Counted from the stretch's first letter, positions 11,233 through 21,520 are shown. The stretch: DNA of 64,000 nucleotides from Deltaproteobacteria bacterium (GCA_029262515.1 JAJCZH010000020.1:65457-129456), one strand, 5' to 3'. Notes: generated from the sequence alone by a model not told the origin. Numbers and translations are program-made.

Positions 11233-12120
11233 CTACAACTTCGAAAAGGCCTCTGCTACTCTTTCTATATTCTCTATGTACTCTCTTTTAAGCGGACTGA
11301 TCCGTTCGACCTCGCCGTTGATCTCTCTCGCAATAACCTCTGCGGCACGCATCGAAAACTCGGGCGAGGTGAAGACAATACGGATCCGCTCCTCTTTGGC
11401 CATCTTTACCAGTCGCGCCACGCCTTGCGGGGTCGGTGCCTTACCGTCATGCTCAACAGAGACCTCTTCGAGCCCGTACAGAGAGGCGAAGTAAGCCCAG
11501 GCAGGGTGGTAGACTATAACTCTTGTACCCTCTTTACCCTTTAACAGAGCGCGAATAGATCCGTCGAGCCCTTTTAACTTCTTTACATAAGCCTCTTTGT
11601 TAGCCCTGTAGACCTCTCTCCCTTCGGGGTCGAGAGTTACAAGTCCGGAATAAATATTCTCGACCATCTTAATCGCATTTACCGGCGAGGTCCATATATG
11701 GGGGTCACTACGGCCTTCGTGACTTTCATGTCCGTCATGCTCTTTATCTCTTTCAACTCGTAAAAGCTCTATCCCCGCAGAGCTGTCGACTATTCGCATC
11801 TTCGGATTGAGTTTTACGATACGATCCATCCACATAAGTTCAAACTCTACGCCGGAGCCGACCTTGGCGTAGAGCCCGGCGCGGCTGACTGCTCTAAGCT
11901 GACTCGGCTTCGGCTCATAGGTATGCGGGTTGGCGCCTCTTGGCACCATTACCGTTACGTTCACCCTCTCTGCCCCTATTGCCTCGACAAAGGTTGCCAT
12001 CGGTTCTATGCTGACCATTACGTTAATCCGGGCTCCTGCCGAAGGCTCGCTTACTTTTTTACAACCGACACTCAGCACAGAGAGCAGAAGCAGCAACAGT
12101 ATATAAGAACGAAACTTCAC
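11233..12120 (-). CDS. znuA: periplasmic zinc-binding protein (ZnuA-like)
   Basis: 295 aa lipoprotein of cluster-9 SBP type with a His/acidic loop KEHDGHESHEGRSDPH. It uses a GTG start overlapping the zur stop (GTGA). Confidence 0.88.
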   Translation of the reverse strand: MKFRSYILLLLLLSVLSVGCKKVSEPSAGARINVMVSIEPMATFVEAIGAERVNVTVMVPRGANPHTYEPKPSQLRAVSRAGLYAKVGSGVEFELMWMDRIVKLNPKMRIVDSSAGIELLRVERDKEHDGHESHEGRSDPHIWTSPVNAIKMVENIYSGLVTLDPEGREVYRANKEAYVKKLKGLDGSIRALLKGKEGTRVIVYHPAWAYFASLYGLEEVSVEHDGKAPTPQGVARLVKMAKEERIRIVFTSPEFSMRAAEVIAREINGEVERISPLKREYIENIERVAEAFSKL

Positions 12121-12596
12121 CTGGCGGACTCCGTGACTCCGTTACACAGAGCGCAGATTCCGAAGAATTCGAGTGAATGTTTTATAAAGGTAAAGTTCTT
12201 CTCAGCCGTGATCTGCTCTTCGAACTCCTTGAGGCATGCCTTCATCTCAAAGCACTCGATGTTCTTGCACTTCACGCAGACAAGATGGTGGTGGTGGCCG
12301 CCCTTCAGGTACTCGTAGCGGCGCAGTCCGTCACCGAGCTGGACTTCGCGAATCAGCTTCCGGGTTATCAGAAAATCGAGCTCGCGATATACGGTCGTCT
12401 TGTTGACACTTATTCCCTCGGTCGAAAGACGGAGCAGTAGCTCGGGCACGGTCATGGGGCTTTCGCCGGAGAGAAAAAGGCGCAGCACCGCTTTTCGGGT
12501 CGAGGTGAGCCGAAAGCCCTCTTTGCGCAGTCTCTCGAATATGATCTCTGTATCAGCCACCAGAGGAGTATAACGCAACTGAGTTGCGTCTGTCAA
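12117..12596 (-). CDS. zur: Fur-family transcriptional regulator, probable zinc uptake regulator Zur
   Basis: 159 aa with a winged-helix N-terminus, HHHH and two CxxC pairs. It is the first gene of the znu operon. Confidence 0.8.
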   Translation of the reverse strand: MTDATQLRYTPLVADTEIIFERLRKEGFRLTSTRKAVLRLFLSGESPMTVPELLLRLSTEGISVNKTTVYRELDFLITRKLIREVQLGDGLRRYEYLKGGHHHHLVCVKCKNIECFEMKACLKEFEEQITAEKNFTFIKHSLEFFGICALCNGVTESAR

Positions 12597-12672
12597 AGAA
12601 ATAAGGGCCTGCTTGTCACGTTTCTCACATCTTTTCGCGCCTTTTCTCTCCTATTCTTCTCGCCTTAACCTC

Positions 12673-12690
12673 CGAATTCTCCAGAATTCG
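12673..12690. promoter_or_regulatory. perfect 18-bp palindrome CGAATTCTccAGAATTCG, candidate operator upstream of zur
   Basis: Read directly from the sequence, 77-94 nt upstream of the zur start codon. Confidence 0.4.
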
Positions 12691-12781
12691 TCGTAAATAG
12701 TCACAAAAACAGTTCAAACCGACACCTTTAAAGACTGCACCAGTGATAAAACCAGAATATATGCAGCACCGTCCCGACACC

Positions 12782-12819
12782 TATTTCAAACAAAAAACCC
12801 CGCGACCGGTAACGGTCGC
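12782..12819. terminator. bidirectional intrinsic terminator (rne 3' end)
   Basis: An A7 run, then hairpin CCCCGCGACCGG-TAA-CGGTCGCGGGG, then T5. Confidence 0.75.
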
Positions 12820-12884
12820 GGGGTTTTTACTATTCAATCAAAAAGTATTTCAAAGAGGCTTTACATTGCTCCAAAAAGCCTGAA

Positions 12885-15131
12885 TCAGAAGATCTCGTAC
12901 CGCTCCTGATGGAAGCGGTCAACCGACTTAACCTCTATACTTCTGCCAGGAAAACGCCTGTTTAGCTCATCGAGCACCGCGGTCTCTGTTTTGAAACGCT
13001 TGGCCACGGCAGGGCTGACATAGATAGTCGCTTTCTTCTTTTTATGCGGCAACTCTCTCAACATATCCCTGAAGATATCCATAATAACCGTATCAACGTG
13101 GCGTACGATAGCGTTGCCTTCGCAGTACGGACACGGCTCGCAAAGCGATTGCGAGAGCGACTCACGTACCCTTTTACGAGTCATCTCAACTATACCGAGC
13201 TCGGAAATCTTCAATATATTTGTCCGTGCCTTATCAGCCCTCAAGGCCTCTCTCAACTCATTATAGACCTTTTCACGATCAGGCAACCGCTCCATATCGA
13301 TAAAATCTATGACGATAATACCGCCGATATTACGCAGCCTTAGCTGGTAAACGACCTCTACTACCGCTTCTAAGTTGGTCTTTAGTATCGTCTGGTCAGA
13401 GTTCTTTTTCCCTACGTACTTTCCGGTATTGACGTCGATAGCGGTTAGCGCCTCCATCTGGTCTATCACCAGGTGGCCGCCGGAACGGAGCCAGACCTTT
13501 CTGTCGACCGCGCCACCGATTTCGATATCGATTCCATTAGCGTCGAAAAGCTCTTCACCCCCCTCGAACAACTCTACTCGCGGAGCGAGAAAAGGCATAA
13601 ACTCATCTATAAACTTCGACGCCCGCTCGTACTCCTCCTTGCTGTCTATTATCAGCTTGCCTATATCGGAGCTGAAGGTATCACGTATCATACGGAGCGA
13701 CAGGTCGAGCTCTTCGTATAAAACACCCGGATTCGATACCGTCTCTCTATTGTTCTGTATCCTGTCCCAGAGTTTAATGAGGAAGTTCATATCGGCCTCA
13801 ATCTCCTCACGCGACACACCCTCGCAGACGGTCCTTATGATGAAACCGCAACCCTTGGGACGGAGATTATGAACAATATCCTTAAGCCTGCGCCGCTCCT
13901 TATCGCTAGAGATCCTTCTCGATACCGCGATCTTGCCATACGTCGGCATAAAGACCAGGTACCTGCCTGGAAGCGAAACGTATGAGGTGACGCGCGCGCC
14001 CTTGGTGCCTATAGGCTCCTTGGCGACCTGCACCATAACCTCCTGCCCCTCCTTGATCATGTCCTGAATACGGAACACTCCCTGGGCATTACGCTCCGGC
14101 TCTTTCTCGCCTTCTTCGTCAAAGCCGGCCATAGACCTCTTGATATCCGACACATGAAAGAAGGCCGTTCTTGCAAGGCCTATCTCGACAAAAGCCGACT
14201 GCATGCCCGGAAGCACGCGAACGATCTTGCCTTTATAGATATTCCCGGTAATACCCCTCTGCCTGTTGGCCCTGTCAACATAGAACTCGGCCAGACGCCC
14301 GTCCTCCATAAGAGCTATACGTGTCTCAAACGGGGTGGAGTTTACCAGTATCTCCTTTTTAACATTGCGGTTGATCTTGGGGCGTGGTTCTCTGCGATTA
14401 TCCCTGCGAGAGTCGCGCCGCGGAGATCTCGGCTCCCGCCGAACAGCCGTGCGCCGGTGCGAGTCGGTCTTAGCCTGAGTTGCCTCTTTTTTCTGTGCGC
14501 CGCTATTCTCATCTCCTTCTTTAACAGTGCCTGAGGTCTCTGCGCCTTCATCTCTGCGCGCACCGCCACGGCCTCTGCGCGCTCCACCGCGAGAACCTCT
14601 GCGAGAACCTTTGCGGGGCTCTCTATCGGTTGAACCTTCTACCCTGTCACCAGCAGATGCGGCCCCCTCACTGGCAGACGAACCTTCTGTGGCAGTCTCA
14701 CCTCCGGACTCCGTAGAGTCGTTTTCGAGAAGCTCTTTGTCTGCGAACTTCTCGGCCCTCGGGCCTCTTCTCGCTCCGCCACGACCGCCTCTCGAACCTC
14801 GGCGCGTTGGCCTTCTCGGCTCTTTCGAACTCTCTTCGCCCTCTCCAGAACTCGACTCCTTGTTACCGGGCCCATCGTTTCCGCCCCGCTCCGGTGAATC
14901 GCTACTATGCACCTCTTTTCGATCTGAAGAACTGTTAGAAGAAGCACGATCCGCTACCGGTTCTCCCTCAGGCCTATTATTGTCGGACCCGTTAGCATTT
15001 GCGCCCTTTTTAACTTCAACATCGTTTTCCGGCCTGCCATCAGGTTTGTCAGCCGATCTGTCCGGCGATTTGTCTGGCGTACTCACTGCCGGACTGTCCG
15101 GCTTTACGCCGTCGTCACTACTATTTGTCAT
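12885..15131 (-). CDS. Rne/Rng-family ribonuclease (RNase E/G catalytic core with N-terminal disordered Arg-rich extension)
   Basis: Residues ~260-748 carry the S1 and RNase E/G catalytic domains (ILVNSTPFETRIAL...GNIYKGKIVRVLPGMQSAFVEIG, Zn-link CPxCxG). Residues 1-258 are low-complexity S/D/E/R/G with RRGSRGGRGGARRG repeats. Confidence 0.88.
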   Translation of the reverse strand: MTNSSDDGVKPDSPAVSTPDKSPDRSADKPDGRPENDVEVKKGANANGSDNNRPEGEPVADRASSNSSSDRKEVHSSDSPERGGNDGPGNKESSSGEGEESSKEPRRPTRRGSRGGRGGARRGPRAEKFADKELLENDSTESGGETATEGSSASEGAASAGDRVEGSTDREPRKGSRRGSRGGARRGRGGARRDEGAETSGTVKEGDENSGAQKKEATQAKTDSHRRTAVRREPRSPRRDSRRDNRREPRPKINRNVKKEILVNSTPFETRIALMEDGRLAEFYVDRANRQRGITGNIYKGKIVRVLPGMQSAFVEIGLARTAFFHVSDIKRSMAGFDEEGEKEPERNAQGVFRIQDMIKEGQEVMVQVAKEPIGTKGARVTSYVSLPGRYLVFMPTYGKIAVSRRISSDKERRRLKDIVHNLRPKGCGFIIRTVCEGVSREEIEADMNFLIKLWDRIQNNRETVSNPGVLYEELDLSLRMIRDTFSSDIGKLIIDSKEEYERASKFIDEFMPFLAPRVELFEGGEELFDANGIDIEIGGAVDRKVWLRSGGHLVIDQMEALTAIDVNTGKYVGKKNSDQTILKTNLEAVVEVVYQLRLRNIGGIIVIDFIDMERLPDREKVYNELREALRADKARTNILKISELGIVEMTRKRVRESLSQSLCEPCPYCEGNAIVRHVDTVIMDIFRDMLRELPHKKKKATIYVSPAVAKRFKTETAVLDELNRRFPGRSIEVKSVDRFHQERYEIF

Positions 15132-15305
15132 ACATTCCTTCCTGAAAAACCGGACTCATACGTGAGGCTCCGGTCTCAAAAGATTAAACCGATCCGCAAT
15201 AATGAAAGATGACCGTCTGCCTCAGACAGAAGCGAGACCCAGCTTAAATAAGTCGGGAGCTTCTAGCCTGAGCAAGTTATCACTCATCCACTTAGGTGTG
15301 AGCCG

Positions 15306-18017
15306 CTAGAGCCCTACACTATTGCAATTAACGGATCTGGTCTTCAGGATAGGTATAAGGGGGGTTTCTTCAGGAGAAAAGTTAAAGAAATGGACCAGTA
15401 CATCTGAGGGCCGCAGGCTAGAGCCCGGCCCCCTCTTAAGCACAAGTCGCAAAGTTTCCTCGTCAACGAGCTCTAACTCGTTAACAAGCTGCTTCATATC
15501 TACCTCTTTAACTTTACCTTTTTTTGCGATACTTAAAATTACAGCATCCTTCCCAGCAAAATCCCTAATATACCTATCAATTCGATTAAAATCTATATTT
15601 AAGCCCTTCGGGGCTCTTTTAAATAAAATTAGATACTCGGCTGCATCCATACTACCAGAGGCGCGCGAAAGTTTCAAGTGGGTAGGCACTGCCTCAAGAA
15701 ACTTTATTCCCTCGGGTGATGTACGGTTTAGCCGCTCTAAAATTTCCTCCGGCTCAAGCCTTCCGTTTAAACCATTCAACTCAACTCCGAAAGATTCATC
15801 GAGGCTCTCTATGCCGACCGGCAACGGATCCGGGAACGACATGCGCTGCATGGGGTGAAAACCCTTTGAGTAGATGACAGGAAGCCCGGCCCGTTTTATG
15901 TTCCTCTTTATAGCACTGACTATCTCCAAATGGCCCAGAAACTTAAGAGGCCCGAGCCGCGAATACCGGACAGTATATCGAAGCGGAAGCTCCTCCTCGA
16001 CCGGCTCTTCTTGCGAAACAGGCGAAACTTCACCTGAAGAAGAGGAAACCTCCCCTGAAGCAGAAGTAGCATGCTCTGCGCCGTCACTTGCCAATACATT
16101 CTTTACTACCTTGAAGTCGCATACGCCGCAGTAGGAACAGGAGTCGATTTTACAGTCCGGTGTCTGCTCGGGCGCGACGCCCTCCATTTCCGAATTCTCA
16201 TCTGCGCCCTCTGCGGATACACTCATAGCGGAAGTCACTTCTGCATACACATCCTCTACGGAAGAACCCCCTACTGCTTTTTTGTACTCATCTATCAGAA
16301 ACTCTTCTGTTACTCCAGGTGACAGGTGCTGCCACGGAAGGGTCTCCCCAAAGTTCCGCTCTCTGTGGGTATAAAATGCGGTCTCTACGCCCAGTTCCTC
16401 AAAAGCCTGCTCCCATACCTCTGACTTCAACTCTTCGCTCCAGCCGTCGAAACGGGCGCCCTTTTCAAACGCCCTCTGTATCACCGCCGATAACCTTCTA
16501 TCTCCGCGCGAAAAGACCCCTTCCAGGATAGACGCGCCCGGATCGTTCCACTTAAAGTCGAGCCCGGAACTCCTAAGCCTCTTTCTAAGGACCGCATGAA
16601 CCTCGCGGCATCTCTCAAGCTCCATCTGGGGGATCCACTGAAAGGGTGTAAACGGTTTTGGAATAAAGGTTGTAACGGACACGCTAACCTGAGGAGAGCC
16701 TTTCATGATGCGTTTGCCGACCTGGCGGACTTTAGAGCCGAGTTGTACGATTCCGAGCAGGTCCTCTTCCGTTTCGGTCGGCAGCCCTACCATGAAGTAG
16801 AGTTTGATGGCACGCCAGCCGAGCGAGAAGACCATCTCGGCAGTACGTATAAGGTCCTCTTCGCTTATGCCCTTGTTTATCACCATCCGGAGCCTCTCGG
16901 TACCGGCCTCTGGTGCAAGCGTAAAACCTGTCTTTCGTACCCGCGCTACCTCGCTGGCAACCGTCTTGCTGAGACTGCCGACTCTCAGCGAAGGCAGCGA
17001 CATCGCCACGCCCTCTTTGCTGAGGTCGCACATAAGGCCTGTAATAAGGCCATCGATCTCGGTATAATCACCGGTGCTGAGACTGAGAAGCGACGCCTCG
17101 TCGTAACCGGTATTTAAAAGCTCGGTCTCTACAATAGAGCTTATCTTCGCTTTCGAGCGCTCTCTTGCCGGCCTGTAGATCATTCCCGCCTGGCAGAACC
17201 TGCAACCGCGCGTACAGCCGCGCATAATCTCAACCGAGACCCTGTCGTGCACGGTTTCGGCAAAAGGCACAATCGGGTTAAGCGGTACCGGAAGCTGCTC
17301 TATGTCCGGCTCTGTCCTCTTCAATATTCCGTCGTAACCGGCAACCGTCGAACGGATCTCCTTGACGGTACTGTCCGCATTGTACAAAACCTCGAAGAAT
17401 GAAGGTATATAGACTCCCGGGATCTTGCTGAGCCTGCCAAGCGTCTCGGCCCTGCTCTCCCCTGTTGCTCTCGACTCCTTTACCGCCTCTGCAATCTCAA
17501 CTGCGGCCAGCTCACCGTCGCCTAAAAGAACGGCATCGAAAAACTCGGCCATCGGCTCCACGTTAAAAGCCACCGGGCCTCCGGCAATAATAAAAGGCTC
17601 GCTCTCGGCCCGGTCAGCCGCTTTCAAGCTTATGCCACCGAGATCGAGCATATTGAGAATATTCGTGAACGAGAGTTCGTACTGGAGTGAAAAACCGACT
17701 ATGTCGCACTGATAGAGCGGTATCCGGTTTTCCAGCGTAGAGAGCGGTACTGAACGGGCACGCATAAGCTCTTCCATGTCGGTCCACGGCGCAAAGACCC
17801 GCTCGCAGGCTATGTCATCGACACTGTTCAGGGCCGTATAAAGAACCTGAAAACCGAGGTGGCTCATGCCGAGCTCATAGGCGTCCGGAAAGGCGAGGGC
17901 GAACTTTACCCCGACGCTATCCAGATTCTTCTTTACAGAGTTAAGCTCGCCGCCTATGTAACGCGAAGGGCGCCTGACGAGCGGTAACAACTCTTCCATG
18001 CTTTCTCTCTTATTCAC
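15306..18017 (-). CDS. B12-binding-domain radical SAM protein fused to DUF2344 (TIGR03960/TIGR03936-like)
   Basis: 903 aa. The N-terminal B12-like domain is followed by a radical SAM CTRGCRFC motif. A Ser/Glu-rich linker follows. The C-terminal DUF2344 region reads LRYTVRYSRLGPLKFLGHLEI. Confidence 0.8.
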   Translation of the reverse strand: MNKRESMEELLPLVRRPSRYIGGELNSVKKNLDSVGVKFALAFPDAYELGMSHLGFQVLYTALNSVDDIACERVFAPWTDMEELMRARSVPLSTLENRIPLYQCDIVGFSLQYELSFTNILNMLDLGGISLKAADRAESEPFIIAGGPVAFNVEPMAEFFDAVLLGDGELAAVEIAEAVKESRATGESRAETLGRLSKIPGVYIPSFFEVLYNADSTVKEIRSTVAGYDGILKRTEPDIEQLPVPLNPIVPFAETVHDRVSVEIMRGCTRGCRFCQAGMIYRPARERSKAKISSIVETELLNTGYDEASLLSLSTGDYTEIDGLITGLMCDLSKEGVAMSLPSLRVGSLSKTVASEVARVRKTGFTLAPEAGTERLRMVINKGISEEDLIRTAEMVFSLGWRAIKLYFMVGLPTETEEDLLGIVQLGSKVRQVGKRIMKGSPQVSVSVTTFIPKPFTPFQWIPQMELERCREVHAVLRKRLRSSGLDFKWNDPGASILEGVFSRGDRRLSAVIQRAFEKGARFDGWSEELKSEVWEQAFEELGVETAFYTHRERNFGETLPWQHLSPGVTEEFLIDEYKKAVGGSSVEDVYAEVTSAMSVSAEGADENSEMEGVAPEQTPDCKIDSCSYCGVCDFKVVKNVLASDGAEHATSASGEVSSSSGEVSPVSQEEPVEEELPLRYTVRYSRLGPLKFLGHLEIVSAIKRNIKRAGLPVIYSKGFHPMQRMSFPDPLPVGIESLDESFGVELNGLNGRLEPEEILERLNRTSPEGIKFLEAVPTHLKLSRASGSMDAAEYLILFKRAPKGLNIDFNRIDRYIRDFAGKDAVILSIAKKGKVKEVDMKQLVNELELVDEETLRLVLKRGPGSSLRPSDVLVHFFNFSPEETPLIPILKTRSVNCNSVGL

Positions 18018-18039
18018 GTACCACCTTTTCCTTCTCTCT

Positions 18040-19662
18040 CTAACCTATACAGACCCCGCACCTCGTGCAGCTTCCGACATCACACGGCGGGGTCAATCTC
18101 TCATCCATTCCTCTTTGGTACTCGCGCCACAGGTACAACTTGTCGAGACCGTGTCCTATAAAATCCCACGGCAAGATATCCTCTTCGGAAACCTCCCTGT
18201 AGATCGACCCGATAACAGACTCTTTCTTCTTCCACTTCTTAAAGGCCCGTGCCGGACTCAATGCCGCAGCCTCTATAATAAACTGCCCGGCACGCCTGTC
18301 GGCCCTCGATAGGTAGGCCTGAACAAGAGCCTCCTTTGCGCTTAGCGCCTTTACCGTAATGCCGCGCTCTCTTTTAAGCGCCTCTTTTATCCCGGCTATT
18401 CGCTTATCTACCGTAACCGCATTCTCAAAAGGGTGAAACTGAAACGGCGTAAACGGCTTCGGCACGAACGGGTTTATCGACAGATGCAGCATACCCTTTT
18501 TCATTAAAGAGCGTATTCTCAACGTGAGAGTTGAGATAGCGAGGGCATCGTAGTGTGTTTCGGTTGGAAGACCGATGAGGAAGTAGAGTTTTATCTTCGA
18601 AAAACCGGCCTCAACAACCTCTTCAACCGTAGAGAGTATCTCGGCATCAGTCATACCCTTGTTGATTACGGCACGGAGCCGCTCCGTACCGGCCTCCGGG
18701 GCCATGGTAACGGTCTTGTAGCCGGCCTCTTTCAAAGAGTGCAAAAAAGGCGCGTCGAGCGAATCGAGCCTCAGTGAACTGAGCGTAACAGGCGCCCCAA
18801 GGCCGAGCCCGGCTTCGACCACCTCTTTAATATCAGGGTACTCGGAGACGGCAGCCCCTATCAGGCCGATCTGACCGCCTCTCTCTACGCCCTCAGCCAC
18901 CACGTCCTTAACCTTTTCTACATCTCGCCACCTCGGCGGCAGGTAGAGAAAACCTGCGGCGCAAAAACGGCAGCCGCGCCCGCAACCGCGCTCGACTTCG
19001 GTTAGGAATGTATCTTTAAAACCGGTATCCGGCGTATAGATAAAGGAGCGCGGGATGTCGAATTGGTCGAGATCGAGGTTTTTGGTCGCAAGGATCTTTT
19101 CTTTGATGCCGTGCCGAGGCCTGAAACTCTTTATACCGACGTGATCATACTCGACCTCGTAGAGCGAGGGAATATAGGTAAAGGGCAGGCTGTCTAACCC
19201 CGCAACTCTATCAACTCTGCCAGGGACCGACTCGCATAACTCAAGAAATCTGTCTATAAATAGATGGAGCGCCCCTTCTGCCTCGCCGAGAATAAAGAGG
19301 TCGATCATATCGGCCAGAGGCTCGGGGTTGAGCGATACTGCCACTCCTCCGGCTACTACCAGCGGGTCGAATACGGCCCGTTTGCCTAAACCCCGCTCTG
19401 CCGATAGAAGAGGTACTTTACCAAGGCCGAGTATCTTCGGGATGTTGAAATAATCCTCCTCAAAGGCTATTGAGAAGGCGATAATATCAAACTCCGTGAG
19501 AGGGCTCTTCGTCTCATACGAGAAAAGCGGAACCTCTGTTCTCCCATACTCTTTCAACTCTTCGGGATCGGGCAGGAAGGCCCTCTCCACGGTTACTACG
19601 CCCTTGCCCTCGCGATATGTATCGAACAGATGGCAGACCGACTGAAAGCCTAGGTTACTCAT
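18040..19662 (-). CDS. B12-binding-domain radical SAM protein (paralog of the upstream half of 15306-18017)
   Basis: 540 aa. Radical SAM motif CGRGCRFC, shared MAPEAGTERLR and PFTPFQ blocks, C-terminal CDVGSCTRCGVC. Confidence 0.8.
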   Translation of the reverse strand: MSNLGFQSVCHLFDTYREGKGVVTVERAFLPDPEELKEYGRTEVPLFSYETKSPLTEFDIIAFSIAFEEDYFNIPKILGLGKVPLLSAERGLGKRAVFDPLVVAGGVAVSLNPEPLADMIDLFILGEAEGALHLFIDRFLELCESVPGRVDRVAGLDSLPFTYIPSLYEVEYDHVGIKSFRPRHGIKEKILATKNLDLDQFDIPRSFIYTPDTGFKDTFLTEVERGCGRGCRFCAAGFLYLPPRWRDVEKVKDVVAEGVERGGQIGLIGAAVSEYPDIKEVVEAGLGLGAPVTLSSLRLDSLDAPFLHSLKEAGYKTVTMAPEAGTERLRAVINKGMTDAEILSTVEEVVEAGFSKIKLYFLIGLPTETHYDALAISTLTLRIRSLMKKGMLHLSINPFVPKPFTPFQFHPFENAVTVDKRIAGIKEALKRERGITVKALSAKEALVQAYLSRADRRAGQFIIEAAALSPARAFKKWKKKESVIGSIYREVSEEDILPWDFIGHGLDKLYLWREYQRGMDERLTPPCDVGSCTRCGVCIG

Positions 19663-19841
19663 GCCGAGTTTGTAAGTATTCGGAAAGATAACGCAGATAC
19701 TTAGAGAGCCTCCGCCGCTGGAGGCAGAGCGAAGAGCACCTGTCTCACTCTTCAGGCGCTGATTAATAACCTCTACGAGCTTTCTTCTTTTATCCCTGTG
19801 GCCGATACTGCAACTCCCTGTTCTGTTATAGAAAAAAAAGT

Positions 19842-19875
19842 CCGCAGGCAGAGCAGCACCCGCGGGATAGTAAAA
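19842..19875 (-). terminator. intrinsic terminator ~360 nt downstream of ftsZ
   Basis: Minus-strand hairpin CCGCGGG-N10-CCTGCGG followed by ACTTTTTTTT. Confidence 0.5.
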
Positions 19876-20232
19876 TTATCTCATATAATCAATATGTTTG
19901 CAAGTAAGCAGCGAAAAACCGGCAAGACAGACAGGATACAAACCTGAGTGGTTGAACCCGACACAGGCCATACAAACGCATGTATATAACAGTAGGCACG
20001 ATAAAGGATAAAGAGCCTGACAAGCAGCAGTGCCCTAAAGAGCAACGCTACCGGCCTGAAAATAGGATCGGGCCCTAACGGGCCGAACTGACAGGTAGCG
20101 CGTTAGTACTTCAATATCGAACCAACCGGCAGGTGAGCGCACCAGACCTGCGGTACCGAAACCTCTACGACAAGGCCGGGCCTATCGAAGCAGACCGGCC
20201 ACCGGCGTCATACAAACAGGTAAACCGGCGGC

Positions 20233-21411
20233 TCAGTCGGCCTGCTTGCGAAGAAAGGTCGGGGTATCGTATATGTCCTCATCGTCGAGATTCAACCCGC
20301 CCATCTGCGAGTAACGGCGTATTTCTGAATTCCGAAGCTCTTCGGTCTTTGTGTTGTCCTTGCGTACAAAAGCCGGAAGATCGAGGTTCTCAATAACCTC
20401 TGCCTCAGCTATTACGGATGCCTCGTTACCTGCTCTCGCCTCGGCCAGTTTGCCAAAACCGGTAGCTATTACGGTAACCCTGACCTCCTCGCCCATACTC
20501 TCGTCTATGACCGCGCCGAAGATAATATTCGCATCTTCATGCGACTCTTCCTGCACAAGGCACGACGCCTCGTGTACGTCATGTATGGTCATCTCTGAGG
20601 AGCCGGTTATGTTTATAAGCACGCCCTTAGCGCCGCTTATCGAGATATCTTCGAGCAGAGGCGAGCTGATCGCTTTTCTTGCGGCCTCCTGCGCCCTGTT
20701 CTCACCGCGCGCTATGCCGCTTCCCATAAGGGCCTGGCCCATCTCGCCCATGATCGTCTTGACGTCGGCAAAATCGACATTAACAAGCCCGGGCACGGTA
20801 ATAACGTCCGAGATTCCCTTTACCGCTTGGTAGAGCACTTCATCGGCCTTCTTGAATGCATCGGCTAAAGAGGTATTCTTGCACGCAACCGAGAGCAGGC
20901 GCTGGTTCGGTATTACTATAACCGTATCGACTACCTCTTTTAGCTTTTCGAGCCCCTCTTCCGCTTTACGCATCTTTCTGGTGCCCTCAAAGACAAAGGG
21001 CTTGGTCACGACCGCAACCACTAACGCTCCGGCCTCTCTTGCGATCTCGGCTATTACCGGGGCCGCACCCGTTCCGGTTCCGCCACCCATGCCCGCAGTT
21101 ACGAAGACCATATCCGTATCGTGCAACGATTCCGCCAGTAGCTCTGCACTCTCCATCGCGGCATTACGTCCCACTTCGGGATTGGCCCCTGCGCCCAGCC
21201 CCTTGGTAAGCCCGGCCCCCAACTGAACCTTAACCCCTGCCTTGGAGTGGCTCAGCGCCTGAACATCCGTATTGGCGACCATAAACTCAACGCCCTCGAG
21301 CCCGGCCTCTATCATCGTATTTACCGCATTACCGCCACAACCGCCCGTACCTATTACCTTGAGCCTTGCTCCCGAATTGAAACCCTCCGCCAGCTCTATA
21401 GACATACCCAC
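20233..21411 (-). CDS. ftsZ: cell division protein FtsZ
   Basis: 392 aa with the tubulin signature GGGTGTG and a conserved C-terminal peptide [11 protein letters not shown]. Confidence 0.95.
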   Translation of the reverse strand: MGMSIELAEGFNSGARLKVIGTGGCGGNAVNTMIEAGLEGVEFMVANTDVQALSHSKAGVKVQLGAGLTKGLGAGANPEVGRNAAMESAELLAESLHDTDMVFVTAGMGGGTGTGAAPVIAEIAREAGALVVAVVTKPFVFEGTRKMRKAEEGLEKLKEVVDTVIVIPNQRLLSVACKNTSLADAFKKADEVLYQAVKGISDVITVPGLVNVDFADVKTIMGEMGQALMGSGIARGENRAQEAARKAISSPLLEDISISGAKGVLINITGSSEMTIHDVHEASCLVQEESHEDANIIFGAVIDESMGEEVRVTVIATGFGKLAEARAGNEASVIAEAEVIENLDLPAFVRKDNTKTEELRNSEIRRYSQMGGLNLDDEDIYDTPTFLRKQAD

Positions 21412-21520
21412 CTCCTTGGTTTTAAAAAATCGATCGAAACAGAATTCCTATATCTTTACCGGTTCAGCAAAAGCCGGACCGGAATTTTTTTCTACCGACA
21501 AGCTGAACTGACCCTGCTGA

